Source of the DNA: Chloroflexota bacterium
Lineage (GTDB): Bacteria > Chloroflexota > Chloroflexia > QHBQ01
Assembly: GCA_043754535.1 (NCBI GenBank)
Contig: JAYUUN010000022.1
Span: 1-55,549, forward strand
Length of the DNA: 55,549 bases
Reading direction: 5' to 3'
Below the pieces are notes generated by a model that was given only the letters and a program-made list of their open reading frames with translations, ran no database searches and was not told the origin of the DNA. Position 1 is the stretch's first letter. Every line of letters begins with the position of its first letter. Below, one piece after another: positions 27,814-38,231 of the stretch. The translations under genes and the position numbers were made by a program.

Positions 27814-29381
27814 AACGCGCTCTCCTTCTCTGCTTCGCTGCCCCGCCGCAGCAGGAAGATGGCTGGCAGGATCGCTACCACTGCCACGATGGCCGCCGCC
27901 CTAAACTCCTCGGTGTAAATCTGGACAAAGGCGGCAACCACCGCCTGCCCGTTCAGGCCCGCGTTCAGGTTGGCGAGACGTACCAGGCCCCAGGCTTGCA
28001 GCAGCGGCAGGGCAAGGGTCATCCCTGTCAGGCGGGCGAAGGTGACGGTGGCGGCGGCGATGCCTGCCCGGTCGCGGGGCATGGAGTTGATCGCGCTAGC
28101 TGAAGTGGGGGCGATCAGCAGGCCAAAGCCCAGGCCGATCAAGCCCAGGTGTAGCCAGGTCGCCACCGGGTCGTAGACGCTGGCCGCACCCCAACCAGAG
28201 AGTAGCCAGAAGCCCGCCGCCACTGCCAGCAAGCCCGCGACCGCCACCACAGGGTAGGTTAGCCGTTCGCTGAACAGGCCACCGAGGATTGCGCCGAGGG
28301 GAATGAAGGCGGTCATGTGCAGCAGCAACAAGCCCCCCTCCACCGCTCCGTCATGCCCAGCCACGCCAGTGAACACCACATTGCCGAGCAGGGCGAGGTT
28401 CAGTTGGGCAACGATCAGGGCCGCTCCGATCAGCAGATTGACCAGGTTTGCGCTGACGAAACCACGAATGGTGAAGTCGCGCAGTGGCAACAGCGGGTCG
28501 TGACCTACCCGCTCGACGACCAGAAAGAGAACGAGGGCCAGGATCGCGCCGCCCGCAAACCAGGGGAACAGTTCGGTGGCGAACAGGCGGATCGGCGGTA
28601 GCTCTGTCTTCTGCGAGAGGGCGAGGGTAAGCAGCAACAGCGTGCCGCCGAGCAGCAGCCCTCCCAACCAGTCTACCTTTGCCTGCGACTTGACGTTGGC
28701 TGGTACCAGGCGTAGGAGCAGGAAGATAGCACCCAGGCTGAGGGGGATATTGAGCAGGAATATCCAGTGCCAGTCCTTGATCGCTAGCCCCAGGCCGCCA
28801 ACCCCGAAGTTTAGCTGGCTACCCCTGAGCAGGTTGACGACCGCCACCCCATAGAAGGGGCCAAGCACGCCGCCCGCCTCGGCTACCGCCCCGATCATCC
28901 CCAGGGCGAAACTGCGCCGTCGGGGAGCAAACAAGTCGCGCACCATTGCCATGCCAATGGGCAGCACCGCCCCGCCGCCAACCGCCTGCACCACGCGGAA
29001 GCCTAGCAGCCAGCCAAGACCAGTGTCCACCCCAAACACGTCGCTGCCAGACAGCGCACAGCCAAGCGAGCCGATGATAAAGAGGATCATAGAGGCGACA
29101 TAGGTGCGGCGGTGGCCGAATATGTCGGCGATGCGCCCTAGCAGCGGCAGGGCCAGGGTGTAACCCAGCAGGTAGGCGGTGACGATCCAGCCCGCCTGAT
29201 CAAGGTTGTTGATCGGGATACCCAGGTCGTTGATCACCTTCGGCAGCACGGTGACGATCACCGTCTGGTCGAGGGCGGCCAGGAAGATGCCGACGCAAAT
29301 CACCGCCAGGGTGAGGATCGGTCGCCGATTTCCGCTGACCGCCTCTACCCCTGCCTCCCGCTCCAAAGCCGCGCTGGACAA
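27813..29381 (-). CDS. MFS drug:H+ antiporter (DHA2/EmrB-like, 14 TM); standard code would extend to 27756
   Basis: FLAALDQTVI, WIVTAYLL, GRIADIFGHRR, RVVQAVGGG, WIFLLNIP. Confidence 0.9.
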
Positions 29382-29420
29382 GCTACACCCCCAGATTAAA
29401 TAAAGAGCGCAAGCCTGCCG

Positions 29421-30146
29421 CTACTTGCAGATCAGGTCTGCGGTCGGCACGTCTACCTTCACCGACTTGTCGTAGTCGCTCAGGCGAATATCGTAGGTTG
29501 CGTCGGGCTTGTCGGTCTTGCTGATTGGGCCGCTCAGCAGCACGCGGCGCAGGCGGTACTCGCCCCTGCTGATCCAGATATCCACCTTGAGGCTCGCCCC
29601 AGAGTTCGCGTCGGTGGTTAGAGCCTTCAGTTGGTCAGCACTGATCTGCCCGCTCAGGTGGTAGCTGTTGTCTTCCTTCTCGTCCTTGCCGATCAGCTTG
29701 AGGTCAGCGAGGTTGGAGAGGATGTCCACCGTCGCCTTCGCTGGGTCGAGGGCGAGGGTGGGGAAGGGTTGCCAGCAGTTAGAGATGCCATTGATCAACA
29801 GGAACTGCTTGTCGCTGCCACCGTTGACGTAGTTGGCCTGTACGTTGATCGGGAAGCCAGCACCGCTGTAGCTGGCGTTGATCTTTGCGCTAACCAGGGT
29901 GGGGCGGGTGAAGTCGCCTTCACTGCCTGTCACTGCGATTTTGATCCCCGCGCTAGGGGTTTGGCCCACTACCTTGAGGGTGAAGTGGAAGCTATTTAGC
30001 TGTTTGGTGCTGGTGATCGCCCGGCTGATGATCGCGGGGCCGTCGAGGTTCTGGTTGTTGCTGTCGTCGCCGCCGCAAGCCAGCAGCAGGGTGCAGAGGC
30101 TCAGGCTGAACAGGGCGGCTAGCAGTAGCCCACGTTGGTTGCTCAA
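29421..30146 (-). CDS. LppX/LprAFG-like lipoprotein
   Basis: AAGGAGG RBS plus TTG; lipobox LLAC; SFHFTL..., YHLSG, VDIWI, LSDYDKSVKV. Confidence 0.75.
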   Translation of the reverse strand: MSNQRGLLLAALFSLSLCTLLLACGGDDSNNQNLDGPAIISRAITSTKQLNSFHFTLKVVGQTPSAGIKIAVTGSEGDFTRPTLVSAKINASYSGAGFPINVQANYVNGGSDKQFLLINGISNCWQPFPTLALDPAKATVDILSNLADLKLIGKDEKEDNSYHLSGQISADQLKALTTDANSGASLKVDIWISRGEYRLRRVLLSGPISKTDKPDATYDIRLSDYDKSVKVDVPTADLICK

Positions 30147-30215
30147 GAGATCGTTCCTCCTTCGCATAGAGGATACCACGCCATGCACCTGCTGATCAAG
30201 GTGCAAGGCTGTGGG

Positions 30216-30251
30216 CAACAAAGTGGGCAGCACGCCTGGCGCACTGCCCAC
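30216..30251 (-). terminator. Intrinsic terminator after the DUF3352-like gene
   Basis: Minus strand gtgggcagtgcgcc-a-ggcgtgctgcccac-tttgtt. Confidence 0.65.
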
Positions 30252-30273
30252 CCCTGCCCCTCTAAAGGGTCGC

Positions 30274-32244
30274 TTACTTCTGGATGTTGAAGAACATCTT
30301 GATCTGCTGGCTGCCCTTGTCTGTCTGCTGGGTGGTCAGACCCCAGGCATGGAAAGGGGCAATCAGCGGCTTGAAGTTGGTGTTGTAGCTGTCGTTGTTA
30401 CTGCCCATCACCGCTTCAGCGAACTGGCGCAGGGTGCCAATGTTGACGTAGAGGCGGCCCGTATCTGGCTTGAGCAGACCCGCGAAGGCCGTCTTATAGT
30501 CAGCATTGCTGGTTACCTTGTCGCCCTGGCCGAAGCCGTCAATCGCGCTCTTGCCCACTGCCAAGTAGAACTTGCCATCCTTGAGGCCGTAGAACATAGC
30601 CGGGCTGGACTGGCCGCTGCTGAAGGGGACGCTGTAGATGTCGCCGTCCTTGCTCATCGTGATGCCACTATCTGGGTTGGCGGCCATCTGCTTCTCAAGC
30701 AGCGCGCTAATCTTGGCAATGCCCGCCTTAGCCTTGTCGCTGTCGCTGACGCTGAGGACGAAAGCACCCTGCGCTGGGAAGCTGATGCTGCCACCAGGGG
30801 CGACGTAGAGGGCGTACTCGCCGTCCATCCAGGAAAGGATATCCTCATCGAGGTCGAGGCCAGTCGATTCCTTAAGTTGGCTCTTGATCTGGTCGCTGCT
30901 CATGCTGGTAGTGCTAGCACCAGGGCAGGCCTTGAGTTGGTAGTCGAGGCTCTTGAGGCCGTACTGTACGGCACCCTTGATGTCCTGCCCACCGAGGACG
31001 ACCCAGCTACCAGCAGGAGCCTGCTCAAAGAGAGCGCGGCTGTCCATCGCCTTCGGGGTGTAGAGCATATTCTGCATCTCGGCAGGCAGCTTGCTGGTGT
31101 CTATCGAGCTAACCAGGTCAATCTCCACGCCGTTGTCACGCGGGGTGAAGCTGGACATGAAGTTGCCGTCGTAGTTGTCAAGCTGCTTCATCATGCAGTC
31201 CACTTGCGCCTGGCTGCTGCCAGTGGTGCCGAGGCTAGCCATGTTCGCCATGTAGGAGTTCATGCCCATGCCGAGCAGGTCAATGCTCTGGCCGAGGTTG
31301 AGGTAGAAGGTGACGGTGCGACCAGCGGGTAGCTTGGCGGCAGAAGCCTTGTACTGCGCGCTGCTGTCGAGCGAGAGGTTGGCATCCTTGTTCGCGTTGA
31401 GAACCTTCTTGATCAGCTCCTTGTTGGCACTGACGATACCCTCGCGGCCAACCAGGGTCGCGTAGTAGCTCTGGTCGTCGGTGGTCAGCTTGTAGATGGC
31501 GTTGCCGCTGTAATCCTCATCCTTGGTCGCCTTGCCGAGGTCGCTAGTCTGGCTCTCCAGCTTGCTGAGGAAGCCGCTGCCGTTGGCCTTCGCCACGTCG
31601 AGGTCAACAATGGCGAACACGCTGTCGTTGGCAAACTTGATGCTGGCACAGGCATCGGCGTTGGTGGTGCTGTTGCTGCCCATCATCTGCTTGAGCTTGG
31701 CTGCGTCTGCGACCACACCAATGGTGACATTGCCATTGAACAAATCCTTGACTGTGCCAGCCTTAGTAAAGAGGCTGGTGCTGACACTGCACTGCTTGGA
31801 CGCATCGGGCATAGCCGCGCTGCTGTCGCTAGCACTGCTGTTGATCTTGGCCCACAGTGTCTTGAAGCCCGGCTGGGCCTCAAAGGTCTCACGTAGCTTG
31901 GCTAGGCTGGCCTCAGCAGTGCCGCCCGGCTTCGCATCGTAGGTGACGAAAGCGAGCGTATCCTTGGGCATTAGCTTGCTGTGGGTAGTGGCCGCCAATA
32001 CGCCGCCCTTGTTGATGAAGAACCAGGCACCAGCCCCAGCCGCTGCAACTAGCAGCAGGGTAAGCAGGATCGCTGGCATGGGATTGCCCCGCCGAGCGGT
32101 TGCCACCGCTGCGCCCTGGGGTGCTGCTGCGTAATCGTACTGCGGTTGAGTGTTACCAGCTTGTGGCTGCCCATAGCCGCTCTGGTCGGTGGGGCGAGCG
32201 TACTGCTCGTTGCCTGGCTGGTTTGGATCGTAGTTACTTGCCAC
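30274..32244 (-). CDS. Membrane-anchored DUF3352-like protein
   Basis: Gln/Pro-rich N-terminus, one TM, MPKDTLAFV, GLDLDEDILSWMDGEYAL, G.LYVN. Confidence 0.7.
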   Translation of the reverse strand: MASNYDPNQPGNEQYARPTDQSGYGQPQAGNTQPQYDYAAAPQGAAVATARRGNPMPAILLTLLLVAAAGAGAWFFINKGGVLAATTHSKLMPKDTLAFVTYDAKPGGTAEASLAKLRETFEAQPGFKTLWAKINSSASDSSAAMPDASKQCSVSTSLFTKAGTVKDLFNGNVTIGVVADAAKLKQMMGSNSTTNADACASIKFANDSVFAIVDLDVAKANGSGFLSKLESQTSDLGKATKDEDYSGNAIYKLTTDDQSYYATLVGREGIVSANKELIKKVLNANKDANLSLDSSAQYKASAAKLPAGRTVTFYLNLGQSIDLLGMGMNSYMANMASLGTTGSSQAQVDCMMKQLDNYDGNFMSSFTPRDNGVEIDLVSSIDTSKLPAEMQNMLYTPKAMDSRALFEQAPAGSWVVLGGQDIKGAVQYGLKSLDYQLKACPGASTTSMSSDQIKSQLKESTGLDLDEDILSWMDGEYALYVAPGGSISFPAQGAFVLSVSDSDKAKAGIAKISALLEKQMAANPDSGITMSKDGDIYSVPFSSGQSSPAMFYGLKDGKFYLAVGKSAIDGFGQGDKVTSNADYKTAFAGLLKPDTGRLYVNIGTLRQFAEAVMGSNNDSYNTNFKPLIAPFHAWGLTTQQTDKGSQQIKMFFNIQK

Positions 32245-32308
32245 GAAGAACGTCCCCTTTCTTGAATACAGGCTGCAAAGCTGCTGGCCTGACTTACCTC
32301 ATAACCTA

Positions 32309-32337
32309 ATTATACATAGAATGCGCCGCCTTGACAA
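32309..32337 (-). promoter_or_regulatory. sigma70 promoter for the DUF3352-like gene
   Basis: TTGTCA-17 bp-TATAAT; adjacent palindrome atgcta-ctt-tagcat at 32337-32351. Confidence 0.65.
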
Positions 32338-32701
32338 TGCTACTTTAGCATCAGATGCCTCTACCTGCTGGGGCTGAGGCTGCTATACAGCACTGCTTGC
32401 CATACCCTATACGTTACTGGATGACAGTTTGTTGCAAGGCAGCAGGGGTCGCGCTATTGCTGACCTGCCGATAGGACAGGTGGCAAGAGCTTTTTGTTGC
32501 AGCCCTTGACCATCGTCCTCTCGTCTTATTATACCCGATCCACGAGTCTGAGCGGAGGTTGGGACAGCGGGAAGCAAGTGCAAGTTGTCACTTTGTGCTA
32601 TAATCGCACCGATGAACGGGCTGTCAGCAACCACAAAGGAGCGGCGAATTGCCGAGCGCATCGCTGCCGCCGTTGCCGGAGCGCGCCGCCCGACATTGAC
32701 G

Positions 32702-32731
32702 TTGACGACTAACCGCCCTGGCGCGTATAAT
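32702..32731 (+). promoter_or_regulatory. sigma70 promoter for the Trm112-GT4-GT-C operon
   Basis: TTGACG-18 bp-TATAAT. Confidence 0.65.
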
Positions 32732-32763
32732 GGCACGGAAACCTGAACAAGGAGAAAGTGTGC

Positions 32764-32979
32764 GTGGACGACAACCAAAAGAGCGACGAGGAGCAGCAGT
32801 TGCCTGCTGACCTGTTGGCGATCCTGGCCTACCCTGGTACGAACATCCCAGTGGTGCAAGAGGGCAACTACGTGGTTTGCCACGAGAAAGGGGTACGCTT
32901 CCCCATCGAGAACGGTATCCCAGTGATGCTGTTGGAGCGGGCCGAGCCGCTGGCCGAAGCAGCCAGCCCCCAGGTTTAG
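32764..32979 (+). CDS. Trm112/YcaR-like protein
   Basis: LLAILAYP...C....RFPIENGIPVMLLERA; AAGGAG RBS. Confidence 0.85.
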   Translation: MDDNQKSDEEQQLPADLLAILAYPGTNIPVVQEGNYVVCHEKGVRFPIENGIPVMLLERAEPLAEAASPQV

Positions 32980-32991
32980 CGAACGTAGCTG

Positions 32992-34191
32992 ATGCCCAAT
33001 CAACAGGCGGGGCTGCACCTCTGCTTCTATTATCCACAGATCAAGAAATTGAGTGGGGCTGAGCGGCTGATCCTGCGCCTGGCCGCGCACCTGGCTGCCC
33101 AGCCAGAGGTGGCGGCGGTAAGTATCGTTACTCACTACTTCGCGCCAGAGTGTGAGCCAGAGCTTGGCCCCGGCGTGCAGGTGATCAGCAGGCAGCGGCG
33201 GTTGGATCGCTTCGCCAGCCACTACCTCAACGCTGGGTTGGAGTACCTGCAAGGGCCAACCCTCCTACGTGACGTGCCGCGTGACAGCGATGTAGTTTGC
33301 TTCTTCGGCCCGCCCAGCCTACCCAGCCTGTTCCTCGCTCGTAGCCTCAGCCACATCTGGCGCAAGCGGCCCTGCCTCTACTTCTGCTACGAACCACCAC
33401 GGGTAATCTACAGCGACACCGCTGCTGTTGTGCTGCGGCTGGGCGCGCTCGGTTGGCTGGCCCGCCCCCTACTTGCTCTCTACAAGCGGCTGGATCGCGC
33501 CTTTGTACAGCGAGCCGACCGGGTGCTGGCTAATGGTGATTTCGGCGCAGAGTTGATCCGCCGCGCCTACCACCGCCGCGCCCGTGTGATCACGCATGGC
33601 GTAGACTTCGCACCCGCTAGCCTTTCTGCCGTTGCTGACCTGCGCGCTCACCTCAAGCTGCCGTCGGGGCTGCCGGTCGTTCTCACCGTCAACCATCTGC
33701 ACCCGCGCAAACGGATCGACCTTTTTATACAGACCATCGCTGCCATGCAGCAGCCTGCACTTGGCCTGGTAGTTGGCACTGGCCCAGAGGCGGCGGCGTT
33801 GCAGGCGCAGGTGGGGCGGCTCGGTTTGCAGGAGCGGGTGCTATTTTGCGGCTTCCTGACCGAGGACGAGTTGCCCGCTGCCTACGCCCTGGCTGATCTC
33901 TATCTGCACACTGGCAAGCAGGAGAGCTTTGGCCTCAGCGTGATCGAGGCATTGGCTGCTGGCAAGCCAGTCATCAGCGTGGCCGAGGGTGGCCCCTGCG
34001 ACACAGTGAGGGAGGGGCAGAGCGGCTATCTGCGAGCGGCGGACGCGCCTGCACTGGCCGCAGCCTGCGACCAACTGCTGATAGACAGGGTGGCGCGAGC
34101 GGCAATGGGCCACTTTGCGAGCGACGACATAGCCCGCCGCTTTAGCTGGCAGCAGGGGGCGCGGGACTTCCTCGCCAACTTTGGCCTCTAA
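32992..34191 (+). CDS. GT4 family glycosyltransferase
   Basis: SGAER, RKRID, ESFGLSVIEALAAGKPVI, FSW. Confidence 0.92.
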   Translation: MPNQQAGLHLCFYYPQIKKLSGAERLILRLAAHLAAQPEVAAVSIVTHYFAPECEPELGPGVQVISRQRRLDRFASHYLNAGLEYLQGPTLLRDVPRDSDVVCFFGPPSLPSLFLARSLSHIWRKRPCLYFCYEPPRVIYSDTAAVVLRLGALGWLARPLLALYKRLDRAFVQRADRVLANGDFGAELIRRAYHRRARVITHGVDFAPASLSAVADLRAHLKLPSGLPVVLTVNHLHPRKRIDLFIQTIAAMQQPALGLVVGTGPEAAALQAQVGRLGLQERVLFCGFLTEDELPAAYALADLYLHTGKQESFGLSVIEALAAGKPVISVAEGGPCDTVREGQSGYLRAADAPALAAACDQLLIDRVARAAMGHFASDDIARRFSWQQGARDFLANFGL

Positions 34192-36274
34192 GCTGGCGAC
34201 CAGTAAACACCCCTACTTGCTCGCTTTCGGCGGTTATCTGCTGCTGGCGGTCGGCTTCACCTGGCCGCTGCTGCTGCACCTGGATAGCGTGGCTGGGAGA
34301 GGCGGCGACGCTTACCAGAACCTTTGGAACATCTGGTGGGTGCGCGAGGCTCTGTTCAGCGGCCAGTCGTTCTACCACTCAAATCTAATCCTCTATCCCG
34401 AAGGTACCAGCCTCTACCTGCACACCCTGACTCCCTACAATGGTATTATCAGTGCGCCGCTGCAACTGTTGCTGCCACTACCAGTAGTCTACAATCTGCT
34501 CTGCCTGCTGGCGGTCAGTCTGGCTGGGCTGGGGATGTACCTGCTGGCAGCAGACCTGTGTGGTCAGGGAGGGCTGATCCCCTTCTTCGCAGGGGCAGTC
34601 TACGCCCTGTCACCCTACGAGTTCGCTCACCTGAGCATCGGCCACCTGAACCTGATCTCCATTGAGTGGCTGCCCTTCTACCTGTGGGCTTTGCTGCGGG
34701 CGATCAGCTTGCCGCCCGGCTCCCCATTTGCTAGTCTGCGCCAACCCGGCCTAGAACTGCGCTGGGTGCTGGCAGCGGCAATCTGCCTGATCCTCACTGC
34801 GCTATGCGACTGGCAGTACGCCTTCTACCTTGCCCTGATCAGTGGGCCGCTGGTAGTTTGGCAGGCAGTGCGCCAGCGACGCTGGTGGGTGCTGTTCAAC
34901 GCAGCGGCAGTGGCGGCCCTGGCCGGGGTGGTACTCGCCCCCATCGTTCGTGGTTTGCTGGGCGAAAGCGGCAGCGGCGAGTTTATCGCCCCGCCCGTTG
35001 AGCAGACCAAACAGTTCTCGGCTGACCTGGCCGCCTTCTTCCTGCCCGGCCCCTTGCACCCACTGTGGGGGGCTGATAGCGATTGGTGGGACAGCCACTT
35101 CAAGGCTGGGTTTGGCGAAAGCCCCACCTACCTCGGCTATCTTCCACTGCTGTTGGCGGGGGTCGCGGTCATGCTGTGCTGGCGGCGAGCCTGGTTCTGG
35201 GCGGTGACGGCTGCTGTCGCCCTATTCGTCAGCCTCGGCCCCCAACTGCACGTCGCTGGCGAGGTGAAGGCCGATCTCCCCTACTTCCTCAACCAGATAC
35301 CGGCCCTCAGTATGTACCGGATGCCTGTGCGCTTCGTGGTGGTGGTGATGCTCTGCCTGGCAGTGCTGGCGGCGATTGGCCTGGCCCACTCGTTGGCGGG
35401 GCGCAGCCTGCGGCTACGGCGGACGGTGGCTGCGGTTGCGTTGCTGATCTTGTTGGTCGAGTATCTGCCCACGCCCTTCCCCTTCGCCTCGGCCCAGCAG
35501 CCCGCCTTCTACAGCCAGATCGCGGCGGACGGGGGCGGTTATGCGGTGATCGAGCTGCCAATCAACCTGGCGCAAGGTCGCTACGTCTACGCTCAGACCG
35601 TTCACCAGAAGCCGCTGGTGGGTGGCTACCTGGCCCGCTTCAAGCACTACCGCACGATAGAGGACGTACCTGGCTTCCGCGAACTCTACTACCTGGACGC
35701 GGTGCCGCCCGACATCTTTGCCAGCCCAGCAATGGCGCAACTGGCGGCCCTGCGCTACTGGGGGGTGCGCTACCTGATTGTCCATCCCGCCAAGTTTAGT
35801 GGAGCGCGGGCTGCCGCTTTGCAGGTTGCACTGGCCGCTCTCGCCGAACCAACAGTGCGCTATCAAGACGAGCAGATCACCGTTTATACGGTCAAGGCGG
35901 GCGTGACGCTACCCTTCCTCAGCCTGGGCGACGGTTGGGGTGGCAGTTTCGGCGGGCTACGCGAAGGGGATGGTAGCGCACCGCTACAACGCTCGTTCAG
36001 CGGCACCGCCAGCCTCCAGGTGCGCTGGCTGGCTGGTGGTAGCTATAGCCTCAGCCTTGACGCGCAATCCATTGACAGGGGGCCGAACCAGCAGGCGACA
36101 TTGCGAGTGGAGTTGGACAGCCGTCCAGTGGGCGAGTTCGTGCTGGGCGATCAGGTGCAGACGGTCAGGGTGCCGCTGGCTCTGGTTGGGGCGCAGGGTG
36201 CGGGTGAGCTACGCCTGTTTGTCAGTAGTGGCAGCCTGGTAGTTAGCCGCGTTGCCGTGTCTGCACCGCATTGA
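34181..36274 (+). CDS. GT-C/YfhO-like polytopic membrane glycosyltransferase
   Basis: TWPL..GDAYQNLWNIWW, YPEG, YLG, LSLGP, RMPVRF, ELP..QTVHQKPLVGGY. Confidence 0.75.
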   Translation: MASKLATSKHPYLLAFGGYLLLAVGFTWPLLLHLDSVAGRGGDAYQNLWNIWWVREALFSGQSFYHSNLILYPEGTSLYLHTLTPYNGIISAPLQLLLPLPVVYNLLCLLAVSLAGLGMYLLAADLCGQGGLIPFFAGAVYALSPYEFAHLSIGHLNLISIEWLPFYLWALLRAISLPPGSPFASLRQPGLELRWVLAAAICLILTALCDWQYAFYLALISGPLVVWQAVRQRRWWVLFNAAAVAALAGVVLAPIVRGLLGESGSGEFIAPPVEQTKQFSADLAAFFLPGPLHPLWGADSDWWDSHFKAGFGESPTYLGYLPLLLAGVAVMLCWRRAWFWAVTAAVALFVSLGPQLHVAGEVKADLPYFLNQIPALSMYRMPVRFVVVVMLCLAVLAAIGLAHSLAGRSLRLRRTVAAVALLILLVEYLPTPFPFASAQQPAFYSQIAADGGGYAVIELPINLAQGRYVYAQTVHQKPLVGGYLARFKHYRTIEDVPGFRELYYLDAVPPDIFASPAMAQLAALRYWGVRYLIVHPAKFSGARAAALQVALAALAEPTVRYQDEQITVYTVKAGVTLPFLSLGDGWGGSFGGLREGDGSAPLQRSFSGTASLQVRWLAGGSYSLSLDAQSIDRGPNQQATLRVELDSRPVGEFVLGDQVQTVRVPLALVGAQGAGELRLFVSSGSLVVSRVAVSAPH

Positions 36275-37379
36275 GCCGCTCAATCTCAATCAGCAAGGCG
36301 AGACGGCTGGCGGCGGCATTCATCGTCGCAAGGTCGCCCAATTGGATCGTGTTCTCTGCGCGGAAGGTGGTCAGTTCGATCAGGCCGAAGCTCTGGCCGC
36401 GCACCCGCAGGGGCATGATAGCGCAGGCCCCCTCCTCTGCGCTCAGGCTGCCCGGCTGCTGGTTGAGATTGAGGTGTTCGAGCAGCAGAGGGGTAAGCAG
36501 GTGGGCGCGGAGGCGGTCTGTAATCTCGTCTAGGTGGTTGATGATGTAATCGCTCTGGATCAGTTGCACCACAGGGTCGCGGTTGTATAGGGCGGCCAGT
36601 CTCAGGCTGGGTTGACCATCACCTTCCACGCTTAGGTAGATTGTGCAGGTCGCCTTGCTCAGGTCGCCAAGCGTCTTAGCAATGCGGAGGATGATCTGCT
36701 CCAGCGGCAGTTCCCCAACTAGCAGTTCGTTGATCGTCTCCACTGCCTCGCGGCGGTTGACCGCTAGCTGGTTCTCATGCTCAAAGCGGGAGTAGAGCAT
36801 TGGGCCGCAGAGTAGCCCACAAACCACTTCCAGGTACTCGTACTCGTCCTCGTCCCAGGCGTTGGGGTGGTAGCTTTGGGCGTGCAGCCCGCCCAGCACT
36901 CGTCCGTCCACCATCACTGGGATGTCGCAGAGGGTACGCACTCGCGGTGGCGTGTTGCCGAGCGAAACAACAGTGTATTCATGCTCGTCCTCGACCCGCC
37001 AGTTGTTCTCGCGCTGCGGTCGCCCACTAAGGATCATCTGGCGCACCCGCACGGTCGCCAGCTTGTGCAGGTTCATCGGCCTGGTCAGCTTGCGCTCCTT
37101 GCTGTCCACCAAGGCATAGATATACTCGACTGTTGCCGCCTGCTCGTGGTAGAGCGAGATCAGGAGAGCGTCCAGGCTGAGGATTTCGCCCACCTTGCGG
37201 GCGACGAAGCGGCAGAGGGAGAGCAGCGAAGTGTGCCTCTGGGCATACTCGCTGATCTCGGTCAGGTTCTGTAGGCGCAGGTAATTGCGCTGCTCTCGGC
37301 GGCTGGCGAATGAAGCAGCGACTACTTTCTCCTCGTTCTGGTCGCTGCCAAAAGGCGCGTTGTTCTGCTCCTCTCGCAC
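36243..37379 (-). CDS. Tandem GAF-domain protein without an output domain
   Basis: IPVMVDGRVLGGLHAQSYHPNAWDEDE; MPLRVRGQSFGLIEL..AASRLALLIE. Confidence 0.75.
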   Translation of the reverse strand: MREEQNNAPFGSDQNEEKVVAASFASRREQRNYLRLQNLTEISEYAQRHTSLLSLCRFVARKVGEILSLDALLISLYHEQAATVEYIYALVDSKERKLTRPMNLHKLATVRVRQMILSGRPQRENNWRVEDEHEYTVVSLGNTPPRVRTLCDIPVMVDGRVLGGLHAQSYHPNAWDEDEYEYLEVVCGLLCGPMLYSRFEHENQLAVNRREAVETINELLVGELPLEQIILRIAKTLGDLSKATCTIYLSVEGDGQPSLRLAALYNRDPVVQLIQSDYIINHLDEITDRLRAHLLTPLLLEHLNLNQQPGSLSAEEGACAIMPLRVRGQSFGLIELTTFRAENTIQLGDLATMNAAASRLALLIEIERLNAVQTRQRG

Positions 37380-37469
37380 TCTGATCTCTCCTTACGCTGC
37401 TTCGCCGCATTATACACAGCAAGGTCATTGTAGCACACTTTGGGCAGCCCCATGCAGCCCCTAAATAGC

Positions 37470-37492
37470 AAAAACCCCAGCCCGCCGGGGTT
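37470..37492 (-). terminator. Intrinsic terminator after the response regulator
   Basis: Minus strand aaccccgg-cggg-ctggggtt-ttt. Confidence 0.75.
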
Positions 37493-37520
37493 CAGTGCGT
37501 GTGCTGAAGGATCAGCCGCC

Positions 37521-38231
37521 CTACCGCTGGACGGCGAAGCGGTAGCCTACCCCGCGCACAGTCTCCAGCAGGTGCGGGTCGCTAGGATCGTCCTCGATCT
37601 TCTCGCGCAGCCAACGCACGTGAACATCAACCGTGCGGCTGTCGCCCGCATATTCGTAGCCCCATACCTTATCCAGCAGGTGGTCACGGGAGAATACCTG
37701 ACCCTGGTTGAGGACGAGGAAGGCGAGCAGGTCGAACTCGCGAGGCTTCATGCTCAGTTCGGTGCCAGCACGAGTGACCATGTGCTGCCCAAGGTCAATA
37801 GCGATTGGCCCAGCACGCAGAACACTCTGGCGGGCGGCTGGTTGCGGTTGGTTGGTCGCTGGTTCGCTCTGTTCCGTACGGCGCAGCAAGGCTTTAACGC
37901 GGGCCAGCAGTTCGCGCAGGCTGAACGGCTTGGTTACATAGTCGTCGGCCCCTAGTTCTAGACCCAGTACCTTGTCTATCTCCTCGTCGCGGGCGGTGAG
38001 CATGATGATCGGTACCTTACTCTCCTTGCGGATCGTGCGGCAGACCTCCATGCCGTCCACCCCAGGCAGCATCAGGTCAAGCAGGATCAGGTTCGGCTTG
38101 CTACTGCGGGCGATTGCGACCGCCTCCCGGCCATCGCTGGCGGTGTGTACTTCATAGCCCGCCTTCACCAGGTTGTAGCGCAGGGTATCAAGGATCGTCG
38201 GCTCGTCGTCAACTACCAGGATTCTGTCCAA
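37521..38231 (-). CDS. OmpR/PhoB-family response regulator (WalR/RegX3-like)
   Basis: ILVVDDE, LDLMLP, IMLTAR, GADDYVTKPF, REFDLL, RTVDVHVRWLREKIE, TVRGVGY. Confidence 0.96.
   Translation of the reverse strand: MDRILVVDDEPTILDTLRYNLVKAGYEVHTASDGREAVAIARSSKPNLILLDLMLPGVDGMEVCRTIRKESKVPIIMLTARDEEIDKVLGLELGADDYVTKPFSLRELLARVKALLRRTEQSEPATNQPQPAARQSVLRAGPIAIDLGQHMVTRAGTELSMKPREFDLLAFLVLNQGQVFSRDHLLDKVWGYEYAGDSRTVDVHVRWLREKIEDDPSDPHLLETVRGVGYRFAVQR

Noticed and set aside
36243..36274. 32-bp convergent overlap as evidence of a hidden stop
   Set aside because: No in-frame TTA in either gene; short convergent overlaps are common
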